64,000 nt of DNA. Origin: Macrostomum hystrix (Eukaryota > Animalia > Platyhelminthes). The notes under the pieces are model-generated. The model was given only the letters and a program-made list of their open reading frames with translations, made no database searches and was not told where the DNA came from. This document shows, one piece after another, positions 37,801-50,377 of the stretch; within the stretch, counting starts at the first letter, position 1; each line of letters opens with the position of its first letter. The stretch spans positions 1,736,001 to 1,800,000 of the forward strand of contig CATNEN010000007.1 of assembly GCA_950097015.1 (NCBI GenBank), in the 5' to 3' direction. Position numbers and translations under genes: made by a program.

Positions 37801-40800
37801 GTCAGTCGCAAACATTGCAGGGCACACCAGGTGGAGTTGTGATTTTCAGCGGCATCGCAGCCAGAGACAAGGATGACGGAGCTAACGCTCGCGTGGTGGC
37901 AGCCATGGATCAGTTGTCAAGGAATTCTTTCTTCAAGCTGGCAGGCAATCATTCTGAGATCCACCTGATAACGAAGCGCGCAGTGCACTATGAATACCTG
38001 GGAAAACGTGCCGGCGTCCAAATTAACCTGGTCATTGTAGCTGAAGTAAGTTGGCCCAACTGAAATACTAATAGATGGGATAGGGGTTGTAGAATGGATG
38101 GGATAGGGGTTGTGGAATGGATGGGATAGGGGTTGTAGAATGGATGGGATAGGGGTTGTAGAATGGATGGGATAGGGGTTGTAGAATGGATGGGTTAGGG
38201 GTTGTAGAATGGATGGGATAGGGGTTGTAGAATGGATGGGTTAGGGGTTGTAGAATGGATGGGATAGGGGTTGTAGAATGGATGGGATAGGGGTTGTAGA
38301 ATGGATGGGATAGGGGTTGTAGAATGGATGGGATAGGGGTTGTAGAATGGATGGGATGGGGGTTGTAGAATGGATGGGATAGGGGTTGTAGAATGGATGG
38401 GATAGGGGTTGTAGAATGGATGGGATAGGGGTTGTAGAATGGATGGGATAGGGGTTGTAGAATGGATGGGATAGGGGTTGTAGAATGGATGGGATAGGGG
38501 TTGTAGAATGGATGGGATAGGGGTTGTAGAATGGATGGGATAGGGGTTGTAGAATGGATGGGATAGGGGTTGTAGAATGGATGGGATAGGGGTTGTAGAA
38601 TGGATGGGATAGGGGTTGTAGAATGGATGGGATAGGGGTTGTAGAATGGATGGGATAGGGGTTGGGGAATGGATGGGATAGGGGTTGGGGAATGGATGGG
38701 ATGGGAGTTGTGAAATGGATGGGATAGGGGTTGTGGAATGGATGGGATAGGGTTTGTAGAATGGATGGGATAGGGGTTGTGGAATGGATGGGATAGGGGT
38801 TGGGGAATGGATGGGATAGGAGTTGTGAAATGGATGGGATAGGGGTTGGGGAATGGATGGGATAGGGGTTGGAAAATGGATGGGATAGGGGTTGGGGAAT
38901 GGATGGGATAGGAGTTGTGAAATGGATGGGATAGGGGTTGTGGAATGGATGGGATAGGGGTTGGGGATTGGATGGGATAGGGGTTGGGGAATGGATGGGA
39001 TAGGGGTTGGGGAATGGATGGGATAGGGGTTGGGGAATGGATGGGATAGGGGTTGGGGAATGGATGGGATAGGAGTTGTGAAATGGATGGGATAGGGGTT
39101 GTGGAATGGATGGGATAGGGGTTGGGGAATGGATGGGATAGGGGTTGGGGAATGGATGGGATAGGGGTTGGGGAATGGATGGGATAGGGGTTGGGGAATG
39201 GATGGGATAGGAGTTGTGAAATGGATGGGATAGGAGTTGTGAAATGGATGGGATAGGAGTTGTGAAATGGATGGGATAGGGGTTGTGGAATGGGTGGGAT
39301 AGGGGTTGGGGAATGGATGGGATAGGGGTAGGGGAATGGATGGGATAGGGGTTGGGGAATGGATGGGATGGGGGTTGTAGAATGGATGGGATAGGGGTTG
39401 TAGAATGGATGGGATAGGGGTTGTAGAATGGATGGGATAGGGGTTGTGAAATGGATGGGATAGGGGTTGGGGAATGGATGGGATAGGAGTTGTGAAATGG
39501 ATGGGATAGGGGTTGTGGAATGGATGGGATAGGGGTTGGGGAATGGATGGGATAGGAGTTGTGAAATGGATGGGATAGGGGTTGTGGAATGGGTGGGATA
39601 GGGTTTGGGAATGGATGGGATAGGGGTTGGGGAATGGATGGGATAGGGGTTGGGGAATGGATGGGATAGGGGTTGGGGAATGGATTTTAGATTGTGAATA
39701 AATTTTGATAATAACAGAGATTCGCATTCACAAATGGTACTGGCCAGGACTCACACCCGAATGTCGCAATGAGGCTTAGCAGCCGGATTAAAATTCACAT
39801 TATTATCGCCGACGAGGAGGACCCAGCGCCCGACTTCGAAGTGCCAGGCTGTCTGGAGTACAGCTCGAAGTGCATTAACCCGACCTACTTTGCCACTGCG
39901 GCAGTCAAATCAGAAGCTGTAAGTGTTGACGCTGAGTTTTCAAGTCACTCTACTAAACTATTGGCTGCTGGCTAAAACTGCATCTCCTCTGATTGGCTAC
40001 TCTGATTTAGCTGCAGTGACGCGCCGGGGTTTTGTTTAGTATAAAAAGGTGTTTCTCCACCATTTTTCTGAAAAATAGAAACACTACTGAGCCTCATCAA
40101 ATGATCCAGACACGATTGCTGTCCAGGCAGTTTTTAACACCACGAGTTTAGAGATCCATATGGTTAATTATTATTATAATTATTATCGAGATTAATAATA
40201 ATTAATAATTAATAATTAATAATAATAATAATCTCGAGTATAATTATCGAGATAGAGACCCTTAGCGTAACCTATGAATGATGTGAGAGATACAATTTAG
40301 ACTACTGACAACAGTAGAAAAGCAAAGACTTGGCTGCAAAACTCTCACATAACCCTAAAAAAGTATCGCCATAAAAATGGCAAGCTTAAAAGAGACTTCT
40401 GTGCACACTAAGAGTGGTGGGAGAGGACTGCGTGTGGCTATGGCTGACTGACGAAGGCAAACAAGCCAGAAACTGGTCTCGGTCTGCCAGCGCGAGGTTC
40501 GTTCCCCACTTTTAGTGTGTCACAAATGAAAATGGTCGGGAACATGAATCGCTTCACCAAACATTAATCTAAATAAGTCCCGACGTATTCCACCTTTAAC
40601 CGCCTTTTTAGCAGTTGCTAACGAACGAATCGTTGGTCATCAAACCGGCGCCTATCCGGGTTCGCAAGCAGCCAGGCTTCTACGGCATCAGATACGGCAT
40701 TTTAGACAGTAACTGAATGCTTGTCTCTGTTGACAAACCTTTATGTTGAGACTAATCTAAAAGACAAATCTAACCGAACACTTACTTCCAATTTAAGGCG

Positions 40801-41926
40801 AGTATTCTTCATACTTCAAAATTCACCAATTAAATGGAAAAGTTAGTCAAATCAAGCCGATTGATAATGGAACTGCGTCCATCACCTTAGTGATTAAGGT
40901 GAGGACAGAGACAAAAGATTTGAAAAATGCTAGATTATACTCTTAGATTAAAAAAAAATTCCTGTAAACTTACAGGCCATCAAATGGACAGACAAAGTAG
41001 ACCCCTATTTGGGTCGAGTCGGCCTGGCTCTGTTAATTATTGGCACAGATCAAAAGACGACACAGAAAAATCAATATGGACCTGTGAGTGACGCATTTGG
41101 CAGCCCGTTGCTGGGCTAGTTGATAGCATGTAACTTGCAGCCCATTGGTTACAGTATTACAGCAGCTAAACCCTTGCCTGTCACTCTGTGTCCTGCAGCT
41201 AAACCCTTGCCTGTCACTCTGTGTCCTGCAGCTAAACCCTTCCCTGTAACTCTGTGTCCTGCAGCTAAACCCTTCCCTGTCACTCATTGGGCAGGGGGTA
41301 AACTCTTCCCTGTCACTTATTGGGCAGGGGGTAAACCCTTCCCTGTCACTCATTGGGCAGGGGGTAAACTCTTCCCTGTCACTCATTGGGCAGGGGGTAA
41401 ACCCTTCCCTGTCACTCATTGGACAGGGGGTAAACCCTTCCCTGTCACCCATTGGACAGGGGGTAAACCCTTCCCTGTCACCCATTGGGCAGGGGGTAAA
41501 CCCTTCCCTGTCACTCATTGGGCTGGCGGTAAACCCCTTCCTGCATTTCAGTGGAGCAAGCCCGCAGTTTGCATCTTGTCTACGGCGTTGGTCACGCTTC
41601 TGCTAACAAGTGGGGCCGCAATGGCCATATTTCACTGCTTCTGCTTGAAGAAGACCGAAGATTCTAAGCCGGATCCGTGCGAGCCACAACAGCAGAATGC
41701 CGAGCCAGGGGAGCCTGCCCCAGATCCAGCTGGTGAGCATGACAACAATGAGCTAACCAACAAAATCAGAAGCCCCGAACTGGGTTTGGGCGGTGCATCG
41801 AATGCTTTTCAAGATGCGATGACTATCAATAATGCTGATGTTTCGATAGATAACAGCCGATTCGACAAACACTCATCCTACAGCCCTGAATCTACTGGCA
41901 ACAGCCTTTTGGATGAGTCGGTGTAG
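31814..41926 (+). CDS. Short single-pass cadherin, PCDH15/CDHR-like (partial EC1, EC2, EC3, TM, short tail)
   Basis: Exons: 31814-31868 (putative signal peptide, less certain), 36831/36838-36935, 37010-37123, 37821-38045, 39718-39918, 40612/40615-40708, 40798-40898, 40976-41083, 41552-41926. Cadherin motifs [11 protein letters not shown] and [10 protein letters not shown]; PCDH15-like PDFEVPGC...C.NPTY and IRYGIL; [25 protein letters not shown]. Confidence 0.75.
31930..36368. repeat. 4.4-kb 16-bp satellite (CACCTCTCACCCACTC)
   Basis: Directly visible; source of the spurious 1505-aa ORF. Confidence 0.98.
36371..36800. repeat. 14-bp repeat GTTTAGGGTTCAGT containing TTAGGG
   Basis: Directly visible; ends in TTAGGTTTAGGGTTTAGGGTT. 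Confidence 0.9.
37136..37806. repeat. (CAGT)n microsatellite with CAGC variants in cadherin intron
   Basis: Directly visible. Confidence 0.97.
38072..39685. repeat. 23-bp G-rich minisatellite (GAATGGATGGGATAGGGGTTGTA)
   Basis: Directly visible. Confidence 0.97.
41160..41540. repeat. 33-bp minisatellite in the last cadherin intron
   Basis: GCAGCTAAACCC recurs at 41162 and 41195; the unit drifts along the array. Confidence 0.9.
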
Positions 41927-41944
41927 ACCATCTATTCCTTCCGC

Positions 41945-43236
41945 TTCTCACCCTGCATCTCTCACTGTCAGATTCTCAACCTCTCTGTCACGCAGTCTAC
42001 TTCTCACCCTGCATCTCTCACTGTCAGATTCTCAACCTCTCTGTCACCCAGTCTACTTCTCACCCTGCATCTCTCACTGTCAGATTCTCAACCTCTCTGT
42101 CACCCAGTCTACTTCTGACCCTGCATCTCTCACTGTCAGATTCTCAACCTCTCTGTCACGCAGTCTACTTCTCACCCTGCATCTCTCACTGTCAGATTCT
42201 CAACCTCTCTGTCACGCAGTCTACTTCTCACCCTGCATCTCTCACTGTCAGATTCTCAACCTCTCTGTCACCCAGTCTACTTCTCACCCTGCATCTCTCA
42301 CTGTCAGATTCTCAACCTCTCTGTCACGCAGTCTACTTCTCACCCTGCATCTCTCACTGTCAGATTCTCAACCTCTCTGTCACCCAGTCTACTTCTCACC
42401 CTGCATCTCTCACTGTCAGATTCTCAACCTCTCTGTCACCCAGTCTACTTCTCACCCTGCATCGCTCACTGTCAGATTCTCAACCTCTCTGTCACCCAGT
42501 CTACTTCTCACCCTGCATCTCTCACTGTCAGATTCTCAACCTCTCTGTCACGCAGTCTACTTCTCACCCTGCATCTCTCACTGTCAGATTCTCAACCTCT
42601 CTGTCACGCAGTCTACTTCTCACCCTGCATCTCTCACTGTCAGATTCTCAACCTCTCTGTCACCCAGTCTACTTCTCACCCTGCATCGCTCACTGTCAGA
42701 TTCTCAACCTCTCTGTCACCCAGTCTACTTCTCACCCTGCATCTCTCACTGTCAGATTCTCAACCTCTCTGTCACCCAGTCTTCTTCTCACCCTGCATCT
42801 CTCACTGTCAGATTCTCAACCTCTCTGTCACGCAGTCTACTTCTCACCCTGCATCTCTCACTGTCAGATTCTCAACCTCTCTGTCACCCAGTCTACTTCT
42901 CACCCTGCATCGCTCACTGTCAGATTCTCAACCTCTCTGTCACCCAGTCTACTTCTCACCCTGCATCTCTCACTGTCAGATTCTCAACCTCTCTGTCACC
43001 CAGTCTACTTCTCACCCTGCATCTCTCACTGTCAGATTCTCAACCTCTCTGTCACCCAGTCTACTTCTCACCCTGCATCTCTCACTGTCAGATTCTCAAC
43101 CTCTCTGTCACCCAGTCTACTTCTCACCCTGCATCTCTCACTGTCAGATTCTCAACCTCTCTGTCACCCAGTCTACTTCTCACCCTGCATCTCTCACTGT
43201 CAGATTCTCAACCTCTCTGTCACCCAGTCTACTTCT
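41945..43236. repeat. 56-bp minisatellite
   Basis: Unit TTCTCACCCTGCATCTCTCACTGTCAGATTCTCAACCTCTCTGTCAC(C/G)CAGTCTAC. Confidence 0.97.
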
Positions 43237-44251
43237 TAGCCAGTTTTTTTGAGAACATTAATCAAAGTTATATAAATTTCTCATATATTCTTGCAGTTTG
43301 CAGTCTACAACGAAGCTTTGATATTACATCTTGAAGTTTGTTAAAATAAATTAAATATTAAATAAAACGCAAAAAACTGATTCATGAACAGCAAGCGGGG
43401 ACTACACTTTTATGTTTTTTCTAACAAAAAGCTAAATCAAATTTTCATATAACGAAGAATTTAACCGAAAACTGTATTTGAAACGATTACTATCGCGTCT
43501 TTAGACTTGTTTTCTTCTGTCATTATTAAGAGAAGATAGAACAGAATTAACTAAAAGCAAAGGAAAGCAAAACTGGTGGCAAAAATAATCAAATCGAACC
43601 CAGTAGAAAACCAAACGAAACGAAAAGACACACTCGCGCAAGGTGCTACTGTTAGTACAATCCAACTGAAAGGATTACAAACGAAAATGAAATATTATGC
43701 AGTTTAGTATCGGAGTTTTTAGTTAGCTTTTAGTCTCCGAAATTTCAATCGCGTTATGAACATTTTATGGCAGCAATTGCGCAAAATGTCACATTTTTTA
43801 CTTATTAGTAGTGTCACTGGGACACACAAACACTCGTAGATCTCACCAAGCCACAGAATGAATCGAATAAAAAAGCAAAGCATGCGGCCTCAGACCAGCA
43901 GCAGTGTTGGATGTTTTTGAGGGTCCAAGATTTGGATAGCACCAAAAAATAAAATTGAAATCCTAGCAAAGGATTTTATAAATTACATAAATCAAATTCT
44001 CTGAATATCAAAGTAAACAGTCTTTTTGAAATAACACCTTTAGAGATAAAGGAACGCTGAATAAGTGTGCATCCATGAGTTACAGCCATTTCGATATATA
44101 TTGGCTAGTTAAAAATCTATATTCTTGTCTTTTATCTGCTAGTAAGTCACAAAAGCCTAACTCTTAAAGATTTTTCGGAATTTTCACGCGAGTTACAACT
44201 TTTTCGATACATATCGGGTAGATACTCGCAGCAAGCCTGGAAGCCAGCAGC

Positions 44252-47112
44252 TCAACGAGTATTTCTATAGCCGGCACCGACAATCAGAACGGACAAAATC
44301 AGGCTGCCAATTGCACCAACTAGCCAATATTTGTAGCGATCGATGAAAGCATTAGGCGATGAAGAAGCAGGAGAAGACTCCGCATTAGCAATGGGCGATG
44401 CAGATGCCGAGGAAGAGTCGACACTGGGCGACTTGCTTACGCCCATCATTCGGCGATAAAGATCCTGACTAGCAGTCTGCTGGCGCCGGCATTCTAGCGT
44501 CAGCTTGGCCACTTCGTTTTGCAGGGCGCGCGAGTCGGGCTCCGCGGCCAGAGCGGCGCGCATCAACTGCAGCGCGGCGGCCGGCTCGCCTTTGCCAACT
44601 AGGGCGCGACCTTTGCGGTACATGGCCTTGGCGTTAGTGCCCTGTTGTTGCAGGGTTTCAGTGTGATTTCAATAACTGTGCTACTAATCAAATTTAAAAG
44701 CATTCTAGTAAGAAAATGTGCTCAGATCCCCAGCATTGCGTACTCAGATCCTCAACGCAGTGTGCTCACCTGCAGCTGCAGGGCCTTATTGCAGGACTCA
44801 ATTGCCGACTCCCAGGATTCCAGTTTGAGCTGACAGGCGGCCAGGTTGTTGTAGTTTCGAACCCTGGCGTCTAACGCTGCCTGCACGGCTGCGTTGGAGG
44901 TGCTGCTCAGGTCAGCGGTGCAGCGCTGCTCAAGCAAGGCGGCGGCGCGGGCGTAGCAGCAGGCGGCGGTGTGGAATTCGTCCCTATTAAACCAGAAGTT
45001 GCCTCGCTCGCGCTTGGCATCGGAGATGGCCAGCAGGTCGTCCAGACTCATCGAGACCAGGTTTAGCGGCCCCTCAATGCTGACAATGTCGATGACGAAG
45101 GACAGCGAAGAGTTTGGCGGTATCTCCCTGCCCAGCTGGGTCGTGAACGGCAGCTTGCTGCCGTAGGCGTGCTTTGGACCGCTGCGAATTTCGCAACGCT
45201 CGCCAGCCTCCGTCAGCATCAGGGCGATGTCGAAGGCCTGAAGAAAATCATAGTCACCAATAATGATTGTCAGGCCGTCATGCTTATCAACCAGCGGGCC
45301 GTCGAAGGTATTTAGCTTGGCTTTGAAGCTGACTGTGACACGGAAGCCGGCCTTTGGCCGAGTGTGCTCGCCCTGGCCCTTCTGCAGGGTCTTCTTCAAC
45401 AGCTGGCCATCGCCCAGGATGTCCATGTATTCATCTGGCATACCCCGCACAGTGTCTGCCTCTGCAGTCGTATTATCAATTTGCATTAGATCACTTAGAT
45501 TCACACCTTGCTTGGCATTGTCGCTTTGCCTTGCTCTCTCGCTCCAACTTAATGGCTCGAGTTCAACTTCAGCGATGGGCTCCTGTTGTGCCACTTCAGC
45601 ATTCTGCCGCTGTTCCGCTTCCAGGACTTCTTCAGCTAGGTCAGAAACAGATTCACTAGATGATGCTTGGCATGATGAGTTAAATTGCTCATTATGAGCT
45701 AAATTGGAATCCTGCTGCTCGGGAAGTAGATCTCCAACATCCTTCTGCTCGGGAAGTAGATCTCCAACATCCTTCTGCTCGGAAAGTAGATCTCCAACAT
45801 CCTTCTGCTCGGGAAGTAGATCTCCAACATCCTTCTGCTCAGGAAGTGGATCTCCAACATCCTTCTGCTCGGGAAGTAGATCTCCAACATCCTTCTGCTC
45901 GGGAAGTAGATCTCCAACATCCTTCTGCTCGGGAAGTAGATCTCCAACATCCTTCTGCTCGGGAAGTAGATCTCCAACATCCTTCTGCTCGGGAAGTAGA
46001 TCTCCAACATCCTTCTGCTCGGGAAGTAGATCTCCAACATCTTTCTGCTCAGGAAGTGGATCTCCAACATCCTTCTGCTCAGGAAGTAGATCTCCAACAT
46101 CCTTCTGCTCGGGAAGTAGATCTCCAACATCCTTCTGCTCGGGAAGTAGATCTCCAACATCCTTCTGCTCAGGAAGTGGATCTCCAACATCCTTCTGCTC
46201 AGGAAGTAGATCTCCAACATCCTTCTGCTCGGGAAGTAGATCTCCAACATCCTTCTGCTCGGGAAGTAGATCTCCAACATCCTTCTGCTCGGGAAGTGGA
46301 TCTCCAACATCCTTCTGCTCGGGAAGTGGATCTCCAACATCCTTCTGCTCGGGAAGTAGATCTCCAACATCCTTCTGCTCGGGAAGTGGATCTCCAACAT
46401 CCTTCTGCTCGGGAAGTGGATCTCCAACATCCTTCTGCTCGGGAAGTGGATCTCCAACATCCTTCTGCTCGGGAAGTGGATCTCCAACATCCTTCTGCTC
46501 GGGAAGTGGATCTCCAACATCCTTCTGCTCAGGAAGTGGATCTCCAACATCCTTCTGCTCGGGAAGTGGATCTCCAACATCCTTCTGCTCGGGAAGTGGA
46601 TCTCCAACATGCTGCTCATCAGTCTCATTGTTTTCTATAGGCATCTCGGATTCTACGTTAATTTCTGGACATGGCTGATGCTGCTGAACAAAATCGAATT
46701 TATCTGCTGGAACTTGCTGGCTGTCAAGATTATCTGCATGCGGCTCTGCGGCAGCGACTCCATTTTTGCACTGCTCTAGATTAGGCTCCGACTCCGGCTT
46801 TGCGTCATCTGGTCTCACAGGATTATCGCAGCTGGAGTCGTTAAGGAACTGGCCGTTTTCTTCAATACTTTCAGCCTCCTCTTGAAAAAGTTTGTCTGAC
46901 GCCACGGGGGAAGATTCTAAAGAATATTCAGCTTTCTTTTCCTTGTCGAGGTCATTTGACAGTCCGGAATCGGATGGATTATGAGTTGCATTGTCCGAAG
47001 CGCCTATCACGCTTTCAGCATTGTCAGCGACATCCGGCTTATCGAAGACGACGAACGACGATGGTATTGTGCTCTGGGTTGTTGAAAATTCAGAAGCCAG
47101 CGACTCGGACAT
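44252..47112 (-). CDS. FKBP8: FKBP8/FKBP38-like peptidyl-prolyl isomerase (acidic N-terminus, FKBP domain, TPRs, C-terminal tail anchor); exons 44770-47112 and 44252-44641
   Basis: EYMDILGDGQLLKKTL..G....RP (FKBP8 has EWLDILGNGLLRKKTL); TPRs KRERGNFWFNRDEF, NNLAACQLKLE, NAKAMYRKGRAL; TM YWLVGAIGSLILSVLIVGAGY. Phase-0 GT-AG intron 44642-44769. Confidence 0.9.
45712..46611 (-). repeat. In-frame 30-bp coding minisatellite, about 30 x DVGD(P/L)LPEQK
   Basis: Lies inside the uninterrupted FKBP8 ORF, with no convincing flanking splice sites. Confidence 0.85.
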
Positions 47113-47904
47113 GGCTGCTGGATTTGCTACAATATTTATTTAATGTTGTTTCTAGAAACAGGTCTTCTAAATCTGATTGGTCAACGGATGGTATAACTGT
47201 TGCTATTTTTAGAAGTGATTGTTGGGAAACCCTTTCTGCTTTCTTATCAAATTGGTCATGGAGGGTTCAACTGTTGCTATTTTAGAAGTGCTCGTGGGGA
47301 AATTCTCTGATTTCGTTCCATTGGCCACTGAGGGTTTAACTGTTGCTATTAGTAAAAGTGATTGTGGGGATATCCCTGCTTTCTTTCGATTGAAAAAGAG
47401 GGCTTTAGCTACTTCTATTTTTAGAAATTGGGAATCCCCTCTTATTTTACTATCCTTAACTATATATATATCGTGTGACTGACCTATACAAACACTGTAA
47501 AAAATATGTTTATTTCATTAAAAGAAAATTAAGCCAAAGCGTACAGCCCGTGTATTTAAACAAAATTATTTTTTTTCGAAATTGTCTACAATAGGAAAGG
47601 AGGTAAATGTTATTAAAACAAAATCAGAGGCAAAACTGCCTAAAAATCCTTAGAAAAACTGTCACGAAAAAGTTTGATCGATGGAAGCCAGAAGGAAAGC
47701 AAGAAAGCTAAAAAAACTTGAGATTGTTACAATTGGCATACTGTAAATTTCAGTTGCCTGGCTAAGAAAACAAGTGGAAGAAAACAACGCTTTACCAGAT
47801 ATAAAACTGTTGATTTTGTATGAGCGGTCATTGATGATGAAAATTATCACAAGATGTTACTAGATGTAATAGCTAAGATGTTACTAAGACCGTATCTGAT
47901 GTAA

Positions 47905-48235
47905 ATACCCAGTAGCTAAGATGCTACTAAAGCCGCTTTGAAGGGAAATCACCAATAGCTAAGATGCTACTAAAGCCGCTTTGAAGGGCAATCCCCCAAT
48001 AGCTAAGATGCTGCTAAAGCCGCTTTGAAGGGAAATCACCAATAGCTAAGATGCTGCTAAAGCCGCTTTGAAGGGAAATCACCCAATAGCTAAGATGCTG
48101 CTAAAGCCGCTTTGAAGGGAAATCACCAATAGCTAAGATGCTGCTAAAGCCGCTTTGAAGGGAAATCCCCCAATAGCTAAGATGCTGCTAAAGCCGCGTT
48201 GAAGGGAAATCCCCCAATAGCTAAGATGCTGCTAA
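47905..48235. repeat. 43-44-bp minisatellite
   Basis: Unit TAGCTAAGATGCTGCTAAAGCCGCTTTGAAGGGAAATCACCAA. Confidence 0.92.
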
Positions 48236-48353
48236 GGACGCGATCGCGAAGAAAAAGACTTTACAAGCACTTCCACTGCTATAACAATTTGAGGACGCCA
48301 AATAACTTTAAAAAGTGCATCAGCAGAAGTACATCCGATTTGGCGCCAGCCAA

Positions 48354-49476
48354 TCAGTGATGAGCCTCCTTAGGCGGCGGCACAATGATAGTGGTCCGGT
48401 GAGAATGATGCAGCACGTAGTCGCTGACGCTGCCCAGGAAGGTCTTCTTAATGCCGCGAATGCCTCGATTGCCAATTAGAATGATGTCGACATTCTCCTC
48501 GTTGGCTAGATCTACGATGGCTTGGCCCGGGTTGTGCTCAGCTCGTTCCAGAAATCTAATACGAGCTTTAACACCCAGATCTGCGCATCTGAGCGGAATG
48601 GCAGCGGGATGAGAGGGTAAGCCAATCGGGTTAGAGTGAGTTGACGGCTAACAATCACAACGGTCAAAAACGAACTCGAATATAATCATCCACTAGGATG
48701 TGGTCATTAAGGAGCTACTAGGATTTGGTCATTAAGGAGCTACTAGGATTTGGTCATTAAGGAGCTACTAGTATGTGGTCATAAAGGAGCTACTAGGATG
48801 TGGTCATAAAGGAGCTACTAGGATGTGGTCATTAAGGAGCTACTAGTATGTGGTCATAAAGGAGCTACTAGTATGTGGTCATAAAGGAGCTACTAGTATG
48901 TGGTCATAAAGGAGCTACTAGGATGTGGTCATAAAGGAGCTACTAGGATGTGGTCATAAAGGAGCTACTAGGATGTGGTCATAAAGGAGCTACTAGGATG
49001 TGGTCATTAAGGAGCTACTAGGATGTGGTCATAAAGGAGCTACTAGTACTCGTATGTGGTCATAAAGGAGCTACTAGGATGTGGTCATAAAGGAGCTACT
49101 AGGATGTGGTCATAAAGGAGCTACTAGGATGTGGTCATAAAGGAGCTACTAGTATGTGGTCATAAAGGAGCTACTAGGATGTGGTCATAAAGGAGCTACT
49201 AGTATTTGGTCATCAGTCTAGGGTGATCCATTCAAAAGGTCGATACCTTCGCGAGACGTCCGCCGCGAGCGCCTTAGCCTTGGCGATGATTTCGGCCATT
49301 CCGGCTGACACCTTGTCCACGGTGGTCACGTCAGAGCCGTGCCCGGAGCTCGACGGCTCGGCCACGTAGGCGAACACAAGTACATCGTCAGGAACGTTGA
49401 AGTTGTGAGCGTACCACTCCAGGGCGCGGTAGCTGTGCTGGCCACCGTCCATTGGCATTAGGAACTTGCGAGACAT
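48354..49476 (-). CDS. Universal stress protein (UspA domain) 1; exons 49247-49476 and 48354-48588 (154 aa)
   Basis: MSRKFLMPMDGGQHS...VAEP...AIVDLANEENVDIILIGNRGIRGIKKTFLGSVSDYVLHHSH; G-x2-G-x9-GS ATP motif; phase-2 GT-AG intron. Confidence 0.92.
48700..49212. repeat. 25-bp minisatellite filling the USP1 intron
   Basis: Unit GGAGCTACTAGGATGTGGTCATAAA. Confidence 0.95.
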
Positions 49477-49544
49477 TGTGGTTGCAGGGCTGCTGCTGCT
49501 GCAAGGTGAGAGAGGTGGCGTGGGATTATACCACCTGAGATTGT

Positions 49545-49790
49545 GGGGGAGGAGGTAACGAGTCCTCAAATAACCACCTGAAGTTTGAGGGGAGGAGGTG
49601 GCGAGTCCTCAAATAACCACCTGAAGTTTGAGGGGAGGAGGTGGCGAGTCCTCAAATAACCACCTGAAGTTTGAGGGGAGGAGGTGGCGAGTCCTCAAAT
49701 AACCACCTGAAGTTTGGGGGGAGGAGGTGGCGAGTCCTCAAATAACCACCTAAAGTTTGGGGAGAGGAGGTGGCGAGTCCTCAAATAATC
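49545..49790. repeat. 43-bp minisatellite
   Basis: AGTCCTCAAATAACCACC recurs at 49561 and 49604. Confidence 0.92.
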
Positions 49791-50377
49791 CCATTTGAGT
49801 CGCAGGCAAAGCAGAAATAGCCTGTAAGCTGTCGCTGAACCAATTTTACAATGAGCTTACTGTGTGCTCGGAGCTTCTTTCCGAAGGAGGGCAACGCGAA
49901 AAACACTATTTCTTCTTCTATTTTGTAAAAACAATTCTTTCAAACAGCAAAGTTTCTGCCCGCATAAATAAGCACATAAAAGGGACAGTCTGGTCCAGCA
50001 TAGACATTGCAGCCTATTCTTTCACTTGGATGAATTCGGATGCAAAGCACTGGCCCCAGAAGACAGAGAGTTTGCTTGCGACTGCCAAAAAATACAGGCT
50101 TATTCCGGTTTTGAACCTAAGCCAATCTTGGCGTTGAGAGAAATCAACTGACTTGTCTACCCTGCTTGCCACCCCATTGTCTACTATTGCCTGCCAGTCT
50201 TTCTTAGCGAGTTAGAATCGTCTTGAAAAGACACTCATCTATCATTATTTTTATTGTTTAATTTATTAAAGAAAATAAACCAAACTTTAATTATCTCTAA
50301 GGACTAAGCTCAGAAATTAAAAAAAACATCTCAACTGATAGAATAGCCACGTTGGGACCCAGAAAGAATACTGAAAA

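Noticed and set aside
37058-37876. 272-aa SQSV-repeat ORF
   Set aside because: Read-through of a cadherin intron made of (CAGT)n; clear donor at 37124 and acceptor at 37820.
40075-40165. Possible extra cadherin exon
   Set aside because: Stops occur in all frames from the obvious acceptor, and the flanking exons already join in phase without it.
40165-40250. AT-rich imperfect hairpin in a cadherin intron
   Set aside because: Expected by chance in (TAA)n low-complexity sequence.
41120-41551. N-terminal repeat part of the 268-aa ORF
   Set aside because: Intronic 33-bp array between donor 41084 (GTGAGT) and acceptor 41551; only 41552-41926 is treated as coding.
47190-47430. Degenerate ~70-bp repeats with GTTGCTA half-sites upstream of FKBP8
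   Set aside because: Too degenerate, and only half X-boxes; a regulatory call cannot be supported.
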